A DNA stretch of 42,138 bases from a virus (taxonomy: Duplodnaviria > Caudoviricetes): IMG/VR virus record IMGVR_UViG_3300014818_000015, positions 1-42,138 of that record; one strand, 5' to 3'. The notes beneath the pieces were generated by a model that had not been told where the DNA came from, did not search any database, and was given only the letters and a program-made list of their open reading frames with translations. This document shows positions 10,645 through 20,545 of this stretch, in pieces. The translations under genes and the position numbers were made by a program. How positions within the stretch are numbered: position 1 is the stretch's first letter; the number at the start of each line of letters is the position of its first letter.

Positions 10645-12057
10645 TTAGAATTCAATGATGATTTTGATATCTTCAATCTGTGTAGTGCTACGGTTAATAG
10701 GATCCCTATTTTCCAGGAATAACATAGAGCCACTACCTTTTTGTATTTCAGGATCACCGATGAAGTTACTAGCTTCTATCGATCCGGATGTACTACTAGT
10801 TTGACCTGTTATAGTTTCGCTTGCAGTAAATTGGGTGTATCCTGTTTTACTATTTTGATGGAAGTATATGTATCCTGTACCGCTGTTTATCTCTGTGACA
10901 TAAGCCTGTGCTCCAGAACTTCCGCCTACAATTAACTCGTCAACTTGGTAATCAGTAACAGTAACGCCTGATGTAAAGTCTAAATATCTTAAAGCCTTTA
11001 GCGTTGTTGCAGTAGAAATAGTATTTGTTCCGTGATTAAACGGATTTTTAATTAAAGTAACTTGTCTAAAGTCGTTTCCTACAGTGATATCACCCGATTC
11101 GTTTCCGTCCAATTGAGTGTTTAATCCGATAAAGAATGCTCCTAGCTCTTTTACCGGATCTACGCCATGGCCTGAAATAGGGCTGATAACACATCTAGCA
11201 GCTGCATCTGATCCGCCGCCGCCAGATAAAGTTATATCTGCAATTGTGTAATTAGTACCTTTAGTGTTCAGTAAAATAGATGTAACCGCACCACCCGATA
11301 TTGTAACCCCTGCAGGAACAACGTCTGCACCTGTTCCGTCACCAGATATAGTTACTGTTGGCTTGGATGTATATCCAGTCCCACCAGCGGTAACTTCGAT
11401 TCTTTCTATACCTGATGCTGATGCATCATCTCTTGAAGCCTTTTGGTTTAGATATTGCGCATAATCTGCTTCTGATAAGTCGGCTTCAGCTGCCGCGTTA
11501 TTGACATATTCTACACCGGTATCGCTATCAATAAATGATATGGTTTTAACCGGAAGGTATGAAGTTGTTAGAAATTTCTCAGCATCTGCTACTGAAAGCG
11601 TATACATATACTTCCACGAATAACCGTCTGATTCAGTTTGTGGCGGAGTTAGAGTCTGTGTTGGTTGAATAGTAGATACACTACCACCAGCTTTAATACA
11701 TTTATACGTCTTAAACTCTGATGTTATAACATAGAAAGCTTTATCGAATATAGACTCATCATCAGAATCCCAAGCATAATAACTGGTATTAGATGTCCAT
11801 GTGTATCTAGGAATAACATGAGAAATATCGCTCGAGGCTAATAACTTAAGTCCTATTAGATTTTGGTGTGCTTCGCCTATGCTGTCTAAAGAATCGTATG
11901 GAACGAATGCTGTAGTGTCTGTTGTGTCTGAAGTAGTCAAAGACCAAACGTCGGATTTACCAATCCCAACATATACGCTCGTTGCTGCCTCTGCTACGTC
12001 TTCTTTAAAATTCTCTGCGTTGAGAATTCGAAATTGATTTGTTACGATGGCTGTCAT
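10645..12057 (-). CDS. gp8: Baseplate wedge subunit gp8-like
   Basis: MTAIVTNQFRILNAENF, SDGYSWKYMYT, C-terminal ENRDPINRS..QIEDIKIIIEF. Confidence 0.85.
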   Translation of the reverse strand: MTAIVTNQFRILNAENFKEDVAEAATSVYVGIGKSDVWSLTTSDTTDTTAFVPYDSLDSIGEAHQNLIGLKLLASSDISHVIPRYTWTSNTSYYAWDSDDESIFDKAFYVITSEFKTYKCIKAGGSVSTIQPTQTLTPPQTESDGYSWKYMYTLSVADAEKFLTTSYLPVKTISFIDSDTGVEYVNNAAAEADLSEADYAQYLNQKASRDDASASGIERIEVTAGGTGYTSKPTVTISGDGTGADVVPAGVTISGGAVTSILLNTKGTNYTIADITLSGGGGSDAAARCVISPISGHGVDPVKELGAFFIGLNTQLDGNESGDITVGNDFRQVTLIKNPFNHGTNTISTATTLKALRYLDFTSGVTVTDYQVDELIVGGSSGAQAYVTEINSGTGYIYFHQNSKTGYTQFTASETITGQTSSTSGSIEASNFIGDPEIQKGSGSMLFLENRDPINRSTTQIEDIKIIIEF

Positions 12058-12073
12058 TTTATGGTTTCCTAAT

Positions 12074-13984
12074 TTAATCTAGATGAATAAAACTATTCAC
12101 GTTATATTTATTTATGTCACCTAAATCGGTGCTTTGTATTTCTCTATCCCCAAAATACTCAATGGTTTCATTAAAATCATATAGTTTTGAGGACTCGTAG
12201 AAGTTGGAGGTCTTGTTATTATAATAGTTATTAGAGACTATGGTTCTAGCCATATGCTCTATATGGTTACAGTATACTATAACCTTAGGCTCGATATTCT
12301 TAGCCCTAATTTCGTTGTTAGCTGAACTCGCGATCCTGATTCTAGGATCTCCTGTATAACCACTTCCAGGATTAGTTATATTTACCCCAATGATTTCGCC
12401 ATCTACGTTAAGCGCATAACTAGCAACTGCTATTTCGTTAGTACCTAATGGATTACCATCGCCATCAGTTGCCGTTGGCTGCGGAAATACCAAGCTTGGA
12501 GCAGTCTTATAATTTTTATCTGCGGTTCCGACTACGCTAATACCTTGGACTTGTCCATTGTTTGGATTAGCTGCGGGAGAAGCAAAAGAGAATAAGTAGT
12601 TTAATCCGCCGCTAACGATGGTAACAGAATCAATAGAACCATTAGAATCCAGTACTGCTGTTAGATTTGCATCCTGTATTGTTAACCCATCCTTAGGTTG
12701 ACCTGTAATCGTAATAGCAGGGGCACTTGTATAACCCCAGCCGCCATCAGCCACCTCAACAGATGTGATGGTACCAAAGGAGTCGAGCACAACAGATAGA
12801 CTTGCTGATCTGTGTATTTTAGCATAAGTAGTTGGCAAAAATGTTGAAGCAAATGCCTCTACCAGAAGCCTGAAATCCTCAATACCAACAACGCCTGGTT
12901 GGATATCTGCCATAGCAGAATATACTTTGCTTCTTTGATCTATATCAAACGTAGTGATATTGCTCTTGGTTAATTCCAGTAAGAGAAGAATTTCCCCGAA
13001 GTATATGAATCCGGCTGGGTGAACCAATCGATCGAATACGTTTTCCCATGCGCTTAGGTTTTTACCCGTACGAATTAAGTAAGAGAACTTCTGATATCTT
13101 AAAGAATCCTGGATCTTAATGTTATATGATAAGAAGCCTTTGTTGTCTAAATATTGTCCGCCCTTCGGCAGAGCTGCGTTAACTTCCCAGTTCCCTGAAG
13201 ATGGTATTAAGGTTGATTCGTAAGGATATTCTACTTCAACTTTATCATTAAATAAAAGTCTGAAAAAGATCTCTATAGAATCTGTTGATCCCCTTACCTT
13301 GTAGAAGTCTACTATGTTTTTATATAGGTTTCTCTTGTCTACTGTTAAGCTTCTTGGTATAACCGCTGCGATTTCTTTCTGCATTAGCTCTAAGTAATTC
13401 TCAGAGTTATTATCAATATCCATAGCTTCTTCTATGGTATTCATTACATAAGAAGGACCGGGACCAACCCAATGTTTTATGATTGTGGTTAGCGTTGCTG
13501 TATTTGTGTTATATGAGGATAGCCCGTTTACAGTAAAGGTCTTACCTATTTCTGATGTGCTTAATGCAAGACTTCCAGGAAGATCGTTACCGTTAGTTAC
13601 TGAAACATTGATTGGTGTTAATGGTATGCTCGAGATAATACCCGCTGCATCAGTAACCGTTAACGTTGAACTTGCGCCTGATTCATCTGTAAAGAATTTA
13701 TCGTTTTCTGATCTCGGGTCAGCAATACGGAATGTTGCCTTATTATCAAGGATCACATCAGTAAAGGTCGCCGTCTCTTGATATATAAACTCCTCTAGAT
13801 TCATCATAGTGTAATAAGCTTTCAAAAGATCTTCCATGCCCTTAGAATTTTCTAGGATCTCGGAAGGAATCAAAGAATCAATTCTAAGGTCTTCCTTGGT
13901 TTTTCTTTTAGAAGAAGCTACAGATTGGATATATCCTGGCGAGGACATATCCGAAGAAAATAAAGCGTTCTCTGCATTTGACAT
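12074..13984 (-). CDS. gp7: Baseplate wedge initiator gp7-like
   Basis: KNIVDFYKVRGS..SIEIFFRLLFND, IQDS..YQKFSY and LVHPAGF motifs; located between gp6 and gp8. Confidence 0.7.
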   Translation of the reverse strand: MSNAENALFSSDMSSPGYIQSVASSKRKTKEDLRIDSLIPSEILENSKGMEDLLKAYYTMMNLEEFIYQETATFTDVILDNKATFRIADPRSENDKFFTDESGASSTLTVTDAAGIISSIPLTPINVSVTNGNDLPGSLALSTSEIGKTFTVNGLSSYNTNTATLTTIIKHWVGPGPSYVMNTIEEAMDIDNNSENYLELMQKEIAAVIPRSLTVDKRNLYKNIVDFYKVRGSTDSIEIFFRLLFNDKVEVEYPYESTLIPSSGNWEVNAALPKGGQYLDNKGFLSYNIKIQDSLRYQKFSYLIRTGKNLSAWENVFDRLVHPAGFIYFGEILLLLELTKSNITTFDIDQRSKVYSAMADIQPGVVGIEDFRLLVEAFASTFLPTTYAKIHRSASLSVVLDSFGTITSVEVADGGWGYTSAPAITITGQPKDGLTIQDANLTAVLDSNGSIDSVTIVSGGLNYLFSFASPAANPNNGQVQGISVVGTADKNYKTAPSLVFPQPTATDGDGNPLGTNEIAVASYALNVDGEIIGVNITNPGSGYTGDPRIRIASSANNEIRAKNIEPKVIVYCNHIEHMARTIVSNNYYNNKTSNFYESSKLYDFNETIEYFGDREIQSTDLGDINKYNVNSFIHLD

Positions 13985-13988
13985 TAAA

Positions 13989-15845
13989 TTATCTCAGTCT
14001 ACTAGTAGTAGTGTATTTAACAGTACCCGAAGAACCAGATAGCGATATAGTATCAACGTCAGGGGTAATATTAACTCTTAATGGATCAATAGATATTAGT
14101 TGGTTTCTTTTCGGTGCAAGATCCAGAGAATCCGGTATTACTGTAATACGAATCGTGGATGTGTCGTCTGGTCTAAAGTTATTTAAGGTAATCTTACCAG
14201 CATCAACTTCTACTAACCCCGCATCATTTATTACGGTGACCTTTTCACCTGCGATAATCTTGTAGACTATCACCTTTCGGTTTATTGATCCTGTAATAGG
14301 AACATCGCCAAAGTAATGTTCTACTGAACTGATTAAGAACGACGTACTTGAAATTAAGCTACTGGTTGATTGTCCGGTCTGATAGAACGGGGACGTAAAA
14401 CTTAGATCGAAATTATTGGATTGACTGTTAGACGGATCAATAGTCATGAACATATAAGGTCTAATGGTTGAGTTCTGTATAGATGGATCCGCGTTATCAA
14501 CTGCTCTTAGTAACTGGGAGTGCCTGAATACACCGTCAAACTTATTTAGTTCGTTAAAGTTATAATCGCTAATGGTATCACGAACAACTGATGTTAACTC
14601 AACAGAGCTTCTATCAGTAAGGTTGGGATTATATTTAAAGAATACATCTAATTCTAGATACGTATAATTAGGCCTAACTAATTCTGGCGTAATCGATACT
14701 ACGTTTTTACCCTTCAAGATATTAGCAGTAATCTCTGTTTCCTGAGCTGAGGTTAATACCTCTGCCGTGAGTGGTTTAATCGAGATAAACACTTTACCGT
14801 AATTTGGCGGATCATTATCTTCCCCACCCCAGCATGAGATTGAATCTATATCAGAGAACGATTTCTGTATAATAGCTCTGTAATCGTCTGATGTAACCGC
14901 TCTGTTCTGAGACGTGAATGTTAGCGGAGCATTAAATCTAATTGACTCCATAGTCTCCTTATCTGTACCACCAGCTGCTTTTGATAAGGTTGTAAGAGCA
15001 ATCGTTGAAAAACCACCAATTGAATCTACCATCGAAAATTCAACAGCGCCGTTTGAATCCTTACCCTCAGTAAATACATAATCAACTGTAACAATGTTAT
15101 TATTAGTAGGCTTATATCCGCTTACACCATCACCGAAGTATATCTCGTAATAGCCGTTGGCATTTTCTTGCAGATAGTAAACCTTCGAATCATTATCTAC
15201 GCTAAGCAAACTTTCGAATGGCGTGTAGATATCATAAGAAGAAGACTCTTCGTTCTCTCTAACCCTGATTCTCAAAGTAGAGGTATCAGCATCTTGATCC
15301 CCGATCTGAAACTTTTGATTTTCTATATCATTATCTACCCGATATAAAAGACTCTTATAAGTTCCTTCAACTATCGTAACATTAGAGAATGTGAATGTTA
15401 AGCTAACACCGTTATCCGCTATTTGAGCATCTTGATTAGAAATTACAACATATTGATACTCTTCGCCGTCAACTAATGTATTTAATTTAGTACCTCTGGG
15501 AAGCGTTAGAGTTGATGGTAGTGTTCCAACCTCTGCGGTAACATCTACAACAATATCAATAACCGCTTTAGGCGAAAGAGTTGATCTTGGTGTATATCCA
15601 AGTAGCTTAGCCCTCGTTACAACGTTTCCCCTGATCTGTGCTGAATCCAGGAATGCCTCATTTAAAGCAAAGTGAGCTGTCATGGCATTATAATGGGTGT
15701 TATATGCCAACACATCAAGGAGAACACTTAAACCCGATCCCTCGAAGTCGTGATCACTAAATGTGGATTGTGTCTTTAGATAGTTTTTCAGATTATTCTT
15801 TATCTGATCAAAATCTAATTCTGTGACGTTCAGATTTGTTGCCAT
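13989..15845 (-). CDS. gp6: Baseplate wedge subunit gp6
   Basis: ELDFDQIKNNLK, DFEGSGLSVLLDVLAYNTHYN, QNRAVTSDDY, WGGEDNDPP.YGKVFISIKP. Confidence 0.95.
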   Translation of the reverse strand: MATNLNVTELDFDQIKNNLKNYLKTQSTFSDHDFEGSGLSVLLDVLAYNTHYNAMTAHFALNEAFLDSAQIRGNVVTRAKLLGYTPRSTLSPKAVIDIVVDVTAEVGTLPSTLTLPRGTKLNTLVDGEEYQYVVISNQDAQIADNGVSLTFTFSNVTIVEGTYKSLLYRVDNDIENQKFQIGDQDADTSTLRIRVRENEESSSYDIYTPFESLLSVDNDSKVYYLQENANGYYEIYFGDGVSGYKPTNNNIVTVDYVFTEGKDSNGAVEFSMVDSIGGFSTIALTTLSKAAGGTDKETMESIRFNAPLTFTSQNRAVTSDDYRAIIQKSFSDIDSISCWGGEDNDPPNYGKVFISIKPLTAEVLTSAQETEITANILKGKNVVSITPELVRPNYTYLELDVFFKYNPNLTDRSSVELTSVVRDTISDYNFNELNKFDGVFRHSQLLRAVDNADPSIQNSTIRPYMFMTIDPSNSQSNNFDLSFTSPFYQTGQSTSSLISSTSFLISSVEHYFGDVPITGSINRKVIVYKIIAGEKVTVINDAGLVEVDAGKITLNNFRPDDTSTIRITVIPDSLDLAPKRNQLISIDPLRVNITPDVDTISLSGSSGTVKYTTTSRLR

Positions 15846-15851
15846 ATTAGT

Positions 15852-16325
15852 TTACCTTAACCTTCTTAGTACGATCTCGACTTCTTCTTCTAAATCGGAT
15901 TCTTTAATTCTGAATTGAAGCAAAATGTTATAAGCATTTTGGTCCTGTAAATCTACAACTGATATTGATAATATTACCACGCGAGGCTCATGCTGACCTA
16001 TCACCCTTCGAATATTATCCTTAATAGCCATTCTAGTAATTGCATCTGCAGGCTCGAATAACAGACCCCGTAGATTAGCTCCTTTCGAAGAACCAAAAGG
16101 TCTTTCGAAGGAGTTGGTAATTAACAAGTTCTTTACCGCGTTTTTAATAGCTCTGTCATCTTTCAGAGGTATGATATCCTTACGAATAGGATGAAGCTTT
16201 AGACTAAGGTCTAAATCCCTCCATCCCTTTTTACCTGATACTATTACGGATTTCTCATATCCGTTACTAACCTGCTTATCAGATAATAGTATGGGTGAAC
16301 TTGTTGTGTCTAATAAATGTGCCAT
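15852..16325 (-). CDS. gp25: Baseplate wedge subunit gp25
   Basis: DLDLS...HP, AIKNAVKNL...ERPF, LLFEP and HEPRV motifs. Confidence 0.92.
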   Translation of the reverse strand: MAHLLDTTSSPILLSDKQVSNGYEKSVIVSGKKGWRDLDLSLKLHPIRKDIIPLKDDRAIKNAVKNLLITNSFERPFGSSKGANLRGLLFEPADAITRMAIKDNIRRVIGQHEPRVVILSISVVDLQDQNAYNILLQFRIKESDLEEEVEIVLRRLR

Positions 16326-16330
16326 ATATC

Positions 16331-16338
16331 TATTTATA
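16331..16338 (-). promoter_or_regulatory. T4-type late promoter TATAAATA for the gp25-gp6-gp7-gp8 operon
   Basis: Exact consensus 5 nt before the gp25 ATG. Confidence 0.8.
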
Positions 16339-16363
16339 TCCTTTAATGCTTACTTTCTTAATC

Positions 16364-17131
16364 TTAGTCAGGCTTCTTGGTTTTACCAGCAGAAGAACCA
16401 CTAGGTATTGTATGCGTATGCGTCGCGAGCGTTGCTCCACTATCGGTAATTGTACCGCTTGCTGTTATGCTAGAAGCATTAGTCTGAGCACCCGTAACAT
16501 CTAACAGAGATTGCAACGTAGTATTATCAGATACAGTAAGAGTGCCTGTTATAGTTGTGTTGCCATCAATATTTACTATATCGTTAACAGCATCTATGAG
16601 AACGGTACCTTCTTCATTGATATTAATAATGGTTCCGCTCTTATGCCTTATCTGTATTTCAGCGCCGGTCATCGTAAATGTATGATCATCTTTATGCTTT
16701 ATATTAATACGTTCACTACCCGCGGTGTTATCGACTTCTATTAAATGTCCGCTTACGGTTTTGGTAACAGCGTTGTGCGGATAGTTAGCTACGGCTTCCG
16801 CTGGTATATCCAATACACTGTTTTCCTGGGTAGCAACGCTTCCCATAATCATAGGATCTTGAGCACTTGGTCCATCTCTGAAGAATCCAATCACCCATGA
16901 TCCTACCAATAGCTGATGATTCATTCCGACCCCGCCCATGGAAGGTGAAGTGTTAGGCATCATAACCGTTGCCCATGGAAGGTCTTTAGTTTTAACTAAT
17001 GCCTTATCATCTGAATGAAATCCGAAGCATCTAACCCTTACCCGATTTAGTTTAACCGGATCCATAACGTCTTCAACAACGCCAGTGAACCATGCAAACT
17101 GTCCGTCAATAAACATATCATCATTACGCAT
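16364..17131 (-). CDS. gp5: Baseplate central spike gp5 (OB fold + beta-helix, no lysozyme domain)
   Basis: WFTGVVEDVMDP..LNRVRVRCFGFH, LPWA, GSWVIGFFRDG; SGHLIEVDNT.G.ERI; ends with a THTH motif. Confidence 0.9.
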   Translation of the reverse strand: MRNDDMFIDGQFAWFTGVVEDVMDPVKLNRVRVRCFGFHSDDKALVKTKDLPWATVMMPNTSPSMGGVGMNHQLLVGSWVIGFFRDGPSAQDPMIMGSVATQENSVLDIPAEAVANYPHNAVTKTVSGHLIEVDNTAGSERINIKHKDDHTFTMTGAEIQIRHKSGTIININEEGTVLIDAVNDIVNIDGNTTITGTLTVSDNTTLQSLLDVTGAQTNASSITASGTITDSGATLATHTHTIPSGSSAGKTKKPD

Positions 17132-18431
17132 TTAGATCAACCTCGCTTGAGTCTTTTTTAAGTGTTAACTTTTGAATAAATAAATCATCAAATGAATGAG
17201 ATATAGCTGTTACGAGATATCTGCCAGAAGCATATTTGTCTATAAATACATTTGGATCTTCAAGATGCTCGAACGTAGAAGACTTGGTCAATTTAAGCTC
17301 AACCACTTGTCCGACACTAATATTAAAATCACCGTTGATCGTTACGTTATGAGTCATAAACTCCATGTTAGCATTATATGATTCTGCCTTTAACATCGAA
17401 ACTGGTAAAGTCCCGTGATAGTTTTTATGAGAAGGGAATGCTCCAGAGTTAGTAGAAACAAAATGACTCTTAGACCCTTTCATATTGCTCAAAGTTTGAT
17501 CGAAAAACTTAATATTATCTGAGAAAGACTTCTTACTATTTAATGTTTTAAATGTTACCCTATCGTGATTAAAGTAATCTTTTTTATATTCCTTAGTGGA
17601 TATATCAATGGTATGTAGGGTACTTCCGTAAGCACCGTTTCCTGCAGCTACTAGTTTTGATATACCTAATGGAGATGATAACTTACGTATTCTTTTTCTC
17701 TCTTCTTCATAACCCTCAGGTGATCCAGGCTCTTGATCAAAAGTGGAGATGTTATTGTATTCTGAAAATATCTCTTTTTTAATACAGTTTAAATGTGAGT
17801 CGAATACTAATCCATCTTTTAATGTCTCATAGAAGTAAAAAGGCGAACCACTATCGAATGCATTTCTCATTAACCAGTTAATAGCATGTACAGGTCTTAT
17901 ATTAGGATATATCCCTTTAATAAGTCCTGTCGTTTCTGTGTTAATAAAGGACGGTTTAGCTTTTAAATCCTTCAGGCATATGTCTTTTACTAGCTTGCCT
18001 ATGGATCCTTCGAAACTTCTTCTTAGTGTTTTAAGCTGATTGTGGTATATATGTTGCGAAACACATCTAAACTGGTATACCTGCATACCCTGTGTTTGTT
18101 TAATATACCCAAAGATTTCTGCAATATGAACTTCAAACTCGAGGCTTTCACTAACATTGGATCCCGATTTTAACGGGGACCTTTTGATCTTAACCTCTAT
18201 CTTCTCGTTACCGCCAAGCTGGTTACTTTCAAGAAAGTTAGTAGCATCTGCAATAACCATAGTGACTTCCATTGCAGGACTATAGAGACTTTCTGATACG
18301 TCTACTCTTTGCACCAAGTCCTTTATGTCTATCTGATTACCAATATTAGTTGTTAATCTGACATACTCAATGATGTACGAGTTTGGTGTAGATGAAGATC
18401 CCCCGCCTGGCTGCAGTCTAGAGCTACTCAT
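17124..18431 (-). CDS. Baseplate hub / tail protein (gp27-like position)
   Basis: 435 aa between gp53 and gp5; FYFYET, GDFNISVGQVV and SGRYLVTAISHSF motifs of hub proteins. Confidence 0.7.
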   Translation of the reverse strand: MSSSRLQPGGGSSSTPNSYIIEYVRLTTNIGNQIDIKDLVQRVDVSESLYSPAMEVTMVIADATNFLESNQLGGNEKIEVKIKRSPLKSGSNVSESLEFEVHIAEIFGYIKQTQGMQVYQFRCVSQHIYHNQLKTLRRSFEGSIGKLVKDICLKDLKAKPSFINTETTGLIKGIYPNIRPVHAINWLMRNAFDSGSPFYFYETLKDGLVFDSHLNCIKKEIFSEYNNISTFDQEPGSPEGYEEERKRIRKLSSPLGISKLVAAGNGAYGSTLHTIDISTKEYKKDYFNHDRVTFKTLNSKKSFSDNIKFFDQTLSNMKGSKSHFVSTNSGAFPSHKNYHGTLPVSMLKAESYNANMEFMTHNVTINGDFNISVGQVVELKLTKSSTFEHLEDPNVFIDKYASGRYLVTAISHSFDDLFIQKLTLKKDSSEVDLNA

Positions 18432-19236
18432 TTATCATCTTCTCGTAAGCTTCAGCGAACTGATCTATAAATTGGGGATCAATGATTCTTATCTTCGATC
18501 TAGATTCATTTGTCTGGAATAAATATTCTCTATTAGTAACATAGCTTATATCGCTAGTGGGTATACCGCCGTTTATAAATATGCCGTTTGTCACCGGCCT
18601 TTGATGGTGATCCCCAGTGAGGTAATAGTAATTAGGGGCATCGATATATTTGTATGCATTGTATGTTGCTACCGAATCTTCTGAGTCGCTTCCTGTGATA
18701 GATTCTGTTGAGTTGTTAATGGATGTAGGATCTCCCTGAAAGGAACCTGTAACATCCTGTATGACCAACTGGTTCATATCAGTGAACTTAGCCGTTAAAG
18801 TACCTGTTGCTCCAGTAGTACCACCGGTCAACGTTTCTCCCAACTTGAATCTTCCTGCGAGCGAGTCCCTGAATTCAGTAATGATGTGATCTGTATTTCT
18901 TACGATCGTCGGATTAGTTGTAATAACCCATCCATTATAATTTGTTTCCATGTAAGAATATAGATCTTCCTGACTCATTGGCCATGATGATAAACCGTCA
19001 TGAAGAAATTCGTTTATGACAAAGAAGGTCCAGTAGTATTCTGATGTTCCGTATAATCTCTGAGAAACAACATCCGGTCTTTCCCCGTTCTTAATTTCGT
19101 AGAATTTATAAGAAGACGGGGAGTCGATGCTAGAGGGTAATACCCTAACACTTCGATAGATATCAACCATGTTCTGTGTAATGCCGTTTCTGTTGATGTC
19201 GTATTTGACCCTTGGAAATTGACTAAAGTATGACAT
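18424..19236 (-). CDS. gp53: Baseplate wedge subunit gp53 (LysM-like)
   Basis: YFSQFP.V.Y, GERPDVVSQRLYG..EYYW...IN, WPMS, NESRSKIRII. Confidence 0.92.
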   Translation of the reverse strand: MSYFSQFPRVKYDINRNGITQNMVDIYRSVRVLPSSIDSPSSYKFYEIKNGERPDVVSQRLYGTSEYYWTFFVINEFLHDGLSSWPMSQEDLYSYMETNYNGWVITTNPTIVRNTDHIITEFRDSLAGRFKLGETLTGGTTGATGTLTAKFTDMNQLVIQDVTGSFQGDPTSINNSTESITGSDSEDSVATYNAYKYIDAPNYYYLTGDHHQRPVTNGIFINGGIPTSDISYVTNREYLFQTNESRSKIRIIDPQFIDQFAEAYEKMINE

Positions 19237-19239
19237 TGC

Positions 19240-20013
19240 TTATGATTCTCCTGCTGGTGATGGGTTAGAATACTCCGCACGACCGTACGTGTAATCTGTA
19301 CCAACCTCGGGGTATAGATCTTCGCGAGTGAGCAATTTGGTTTCTACAAAGCTTAGCTTAATGCTAACCGATGTAGGTGCACCGTTCTTAAAGAAAGAAT
19401 TTCCATCTCCATTATGAACAGCATCAAACCCCGATAGGTAACAGTCGTGCATGAACGGAAGATATTTGTTTTCTTCTTCACCTACATTAAACTTGATTCT
19501 CCATTTCGGAGGATACTTAAGAGTGAATGATCCTCCCTTTGAAGCATACATATACTTTCTAAATATGTTTTCTATTTCCCTGATTTTGTCTGAATCCTGC
19601 GAAGATTCGGGAACCATCTTAAATTCGAAATCGAAATTTCTCATAGTATTGCTTTCGAAAGCAAGGGCAGTTTGCGGGTTGAACGCTATGCCTTTTTCTA
19701 TGCCGACTTTATTCGTCATTTCCGAAGATGCACCAAACTTCTCCGCAGCTTTTAAACCAATCAGTAGTGCGTCGTTTGTATCTGAGCCTAATGAAGCGGC
19801 ATCTTCTTTTTTGGATATATCCTTTAGAGCATTAATTGTTCCTAGATTTACACCGCCGAAGCTTGCTCCATCAGAGGTATTAATTCCATCTGGGATATAC
19901 AAATGAATCTTAGTAAAGTCAGAAACCCCTGCATCGACTAGTTCAAAAGAGATGTGCGGAAAGCCTTTCTCTACCTTTTCGCCTAGATCCCTAGGATATG
20001 TCAATATTGCCAT
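19240..20013 (-). CDS. gp48: Baseplate tail tube cap gp48
   Basis: NPQTALAFE...RNFDFEFKMVPES, YPP, F..GAPTSV.IKLSFVET..LTREDL. Confidence 0.85.
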   Translation of the reverse strand: MAILTYPRDLGEKVEKGFPHISFELVDAGVSDFTKIHLYIPDGINTSDGASFGGVNLGTINALKDISKKEDAASLGSDTNDALLIGLKAAEKFGASSEMTNKVGIEKGIAFNPQTALAFESNTMRNFDFEFKMVPESSQDSDKIREIENIFRKYMYASKGGSFTLKYPPKWRIKFNVGEEENKYLPFMHDCYLSGFDAVHNGDGNSFFKNGAPTSVSIKLSFVETKLLTREDLYPEVGTDYTYGRAEYSNPSPAGES

Positions 20014-20025
20014 GAAGATAACCTT

Positions 20026-20033
20026 TATAAATA
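20026..20033 (+). promoter_or_regulatory. Late promoter TATAAATA for gp4
   Basis: Exact consensus in the gp48/gp4 intergenic region. Confidence 0.75.
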
Positions 20034-20049
20034 TTATGAATTACATGGT

Positions 20050-20057
20050 TATTTATA
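20050..20057 (-). promoter_or_regulatory. Late promoter TATAAATA for gp48-gp53-hub-gp5
   Basis: TATTTATA on the plus strand, 36 nt before the gp48 ATG. Confidence 0.75.
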
Positions 20058-20076
20058 ATACTTTCAAAGAGGATTT

Positions 20077-20532
20077 ATGGCTTATAAGACCTATAAAGGC
20101 AAGTTTAAGGTGAAGAACATAGACAAGTATATCGGGGATCATACCAAAGTGGTGTATAGATCATTATGGGAGAGACAAGTTTTTAGGTGGTGCGAAGGCA
20201 ATCCTGATATTGCAGGCTGGAACTCTGAAGAAATAGTTATACCATATAAGTGTAACACAGATCTTCGTATGCACAAATATTATATGGACGTCTTAATAGT
20301 AATGAAAACAGGTAAGACCTATCTGGTAGAAATTAAGCCTAAGAAACAAACTCAGTCACCTGCTAAACCTAAAAGAAAAACTAAAAGATATATTAACGAG
20401 GTTACTACCTATATAAAGAATACTTCTAAATGGACTGCAGCCCAGCAATATGCTGAACATAAAGGTTGGCATTTCCAGATTTGGACAGAAGATACTTTAA
20501 AGAATTTAGGCATCAAACTCATTAAAGGATGA
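20077..20532 (+). CDS. gp4: Head completion protein gp4 (TnsA-like nuclease fold)
   Basis: YKGKF...N..KY.GD, YRSLWER, W.SEE..IPY, LVEIKP, N..KW.AA, TEDTL. Confidence 0.93.
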   Translation: MAYKTYKGKFKVKNIDKYIGDHTKVVYRSLWERQVFRWCEGNPDIAGWNSEEIVIPYKCNTDLRMHKYYMDVLIVMKTGKTYLVEIKPKKQTQSPAKPKRKTKRYINEVTTYIKNTSKWTAAQQYAEHKGWHFQIWTEDTLKNLGIKLIKG

Positions 20533-20540
20533 TATAAATA
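20533..20540 (+). promoter_or_regulatory. Late promoter TATAAATA for the gp2 operon
   Basis: Exact consensus 5 nt before the gp2 ATG. Confidence 0.8.
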
Positions 20541-20545
20541 GTTAT

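Noticed and set aside
20077-20532. TnsA-like nuclease as a mobile element or homing endonuclease
   Set aside because: It is the core gp4 head-completion gene in its usual position next to gp2.
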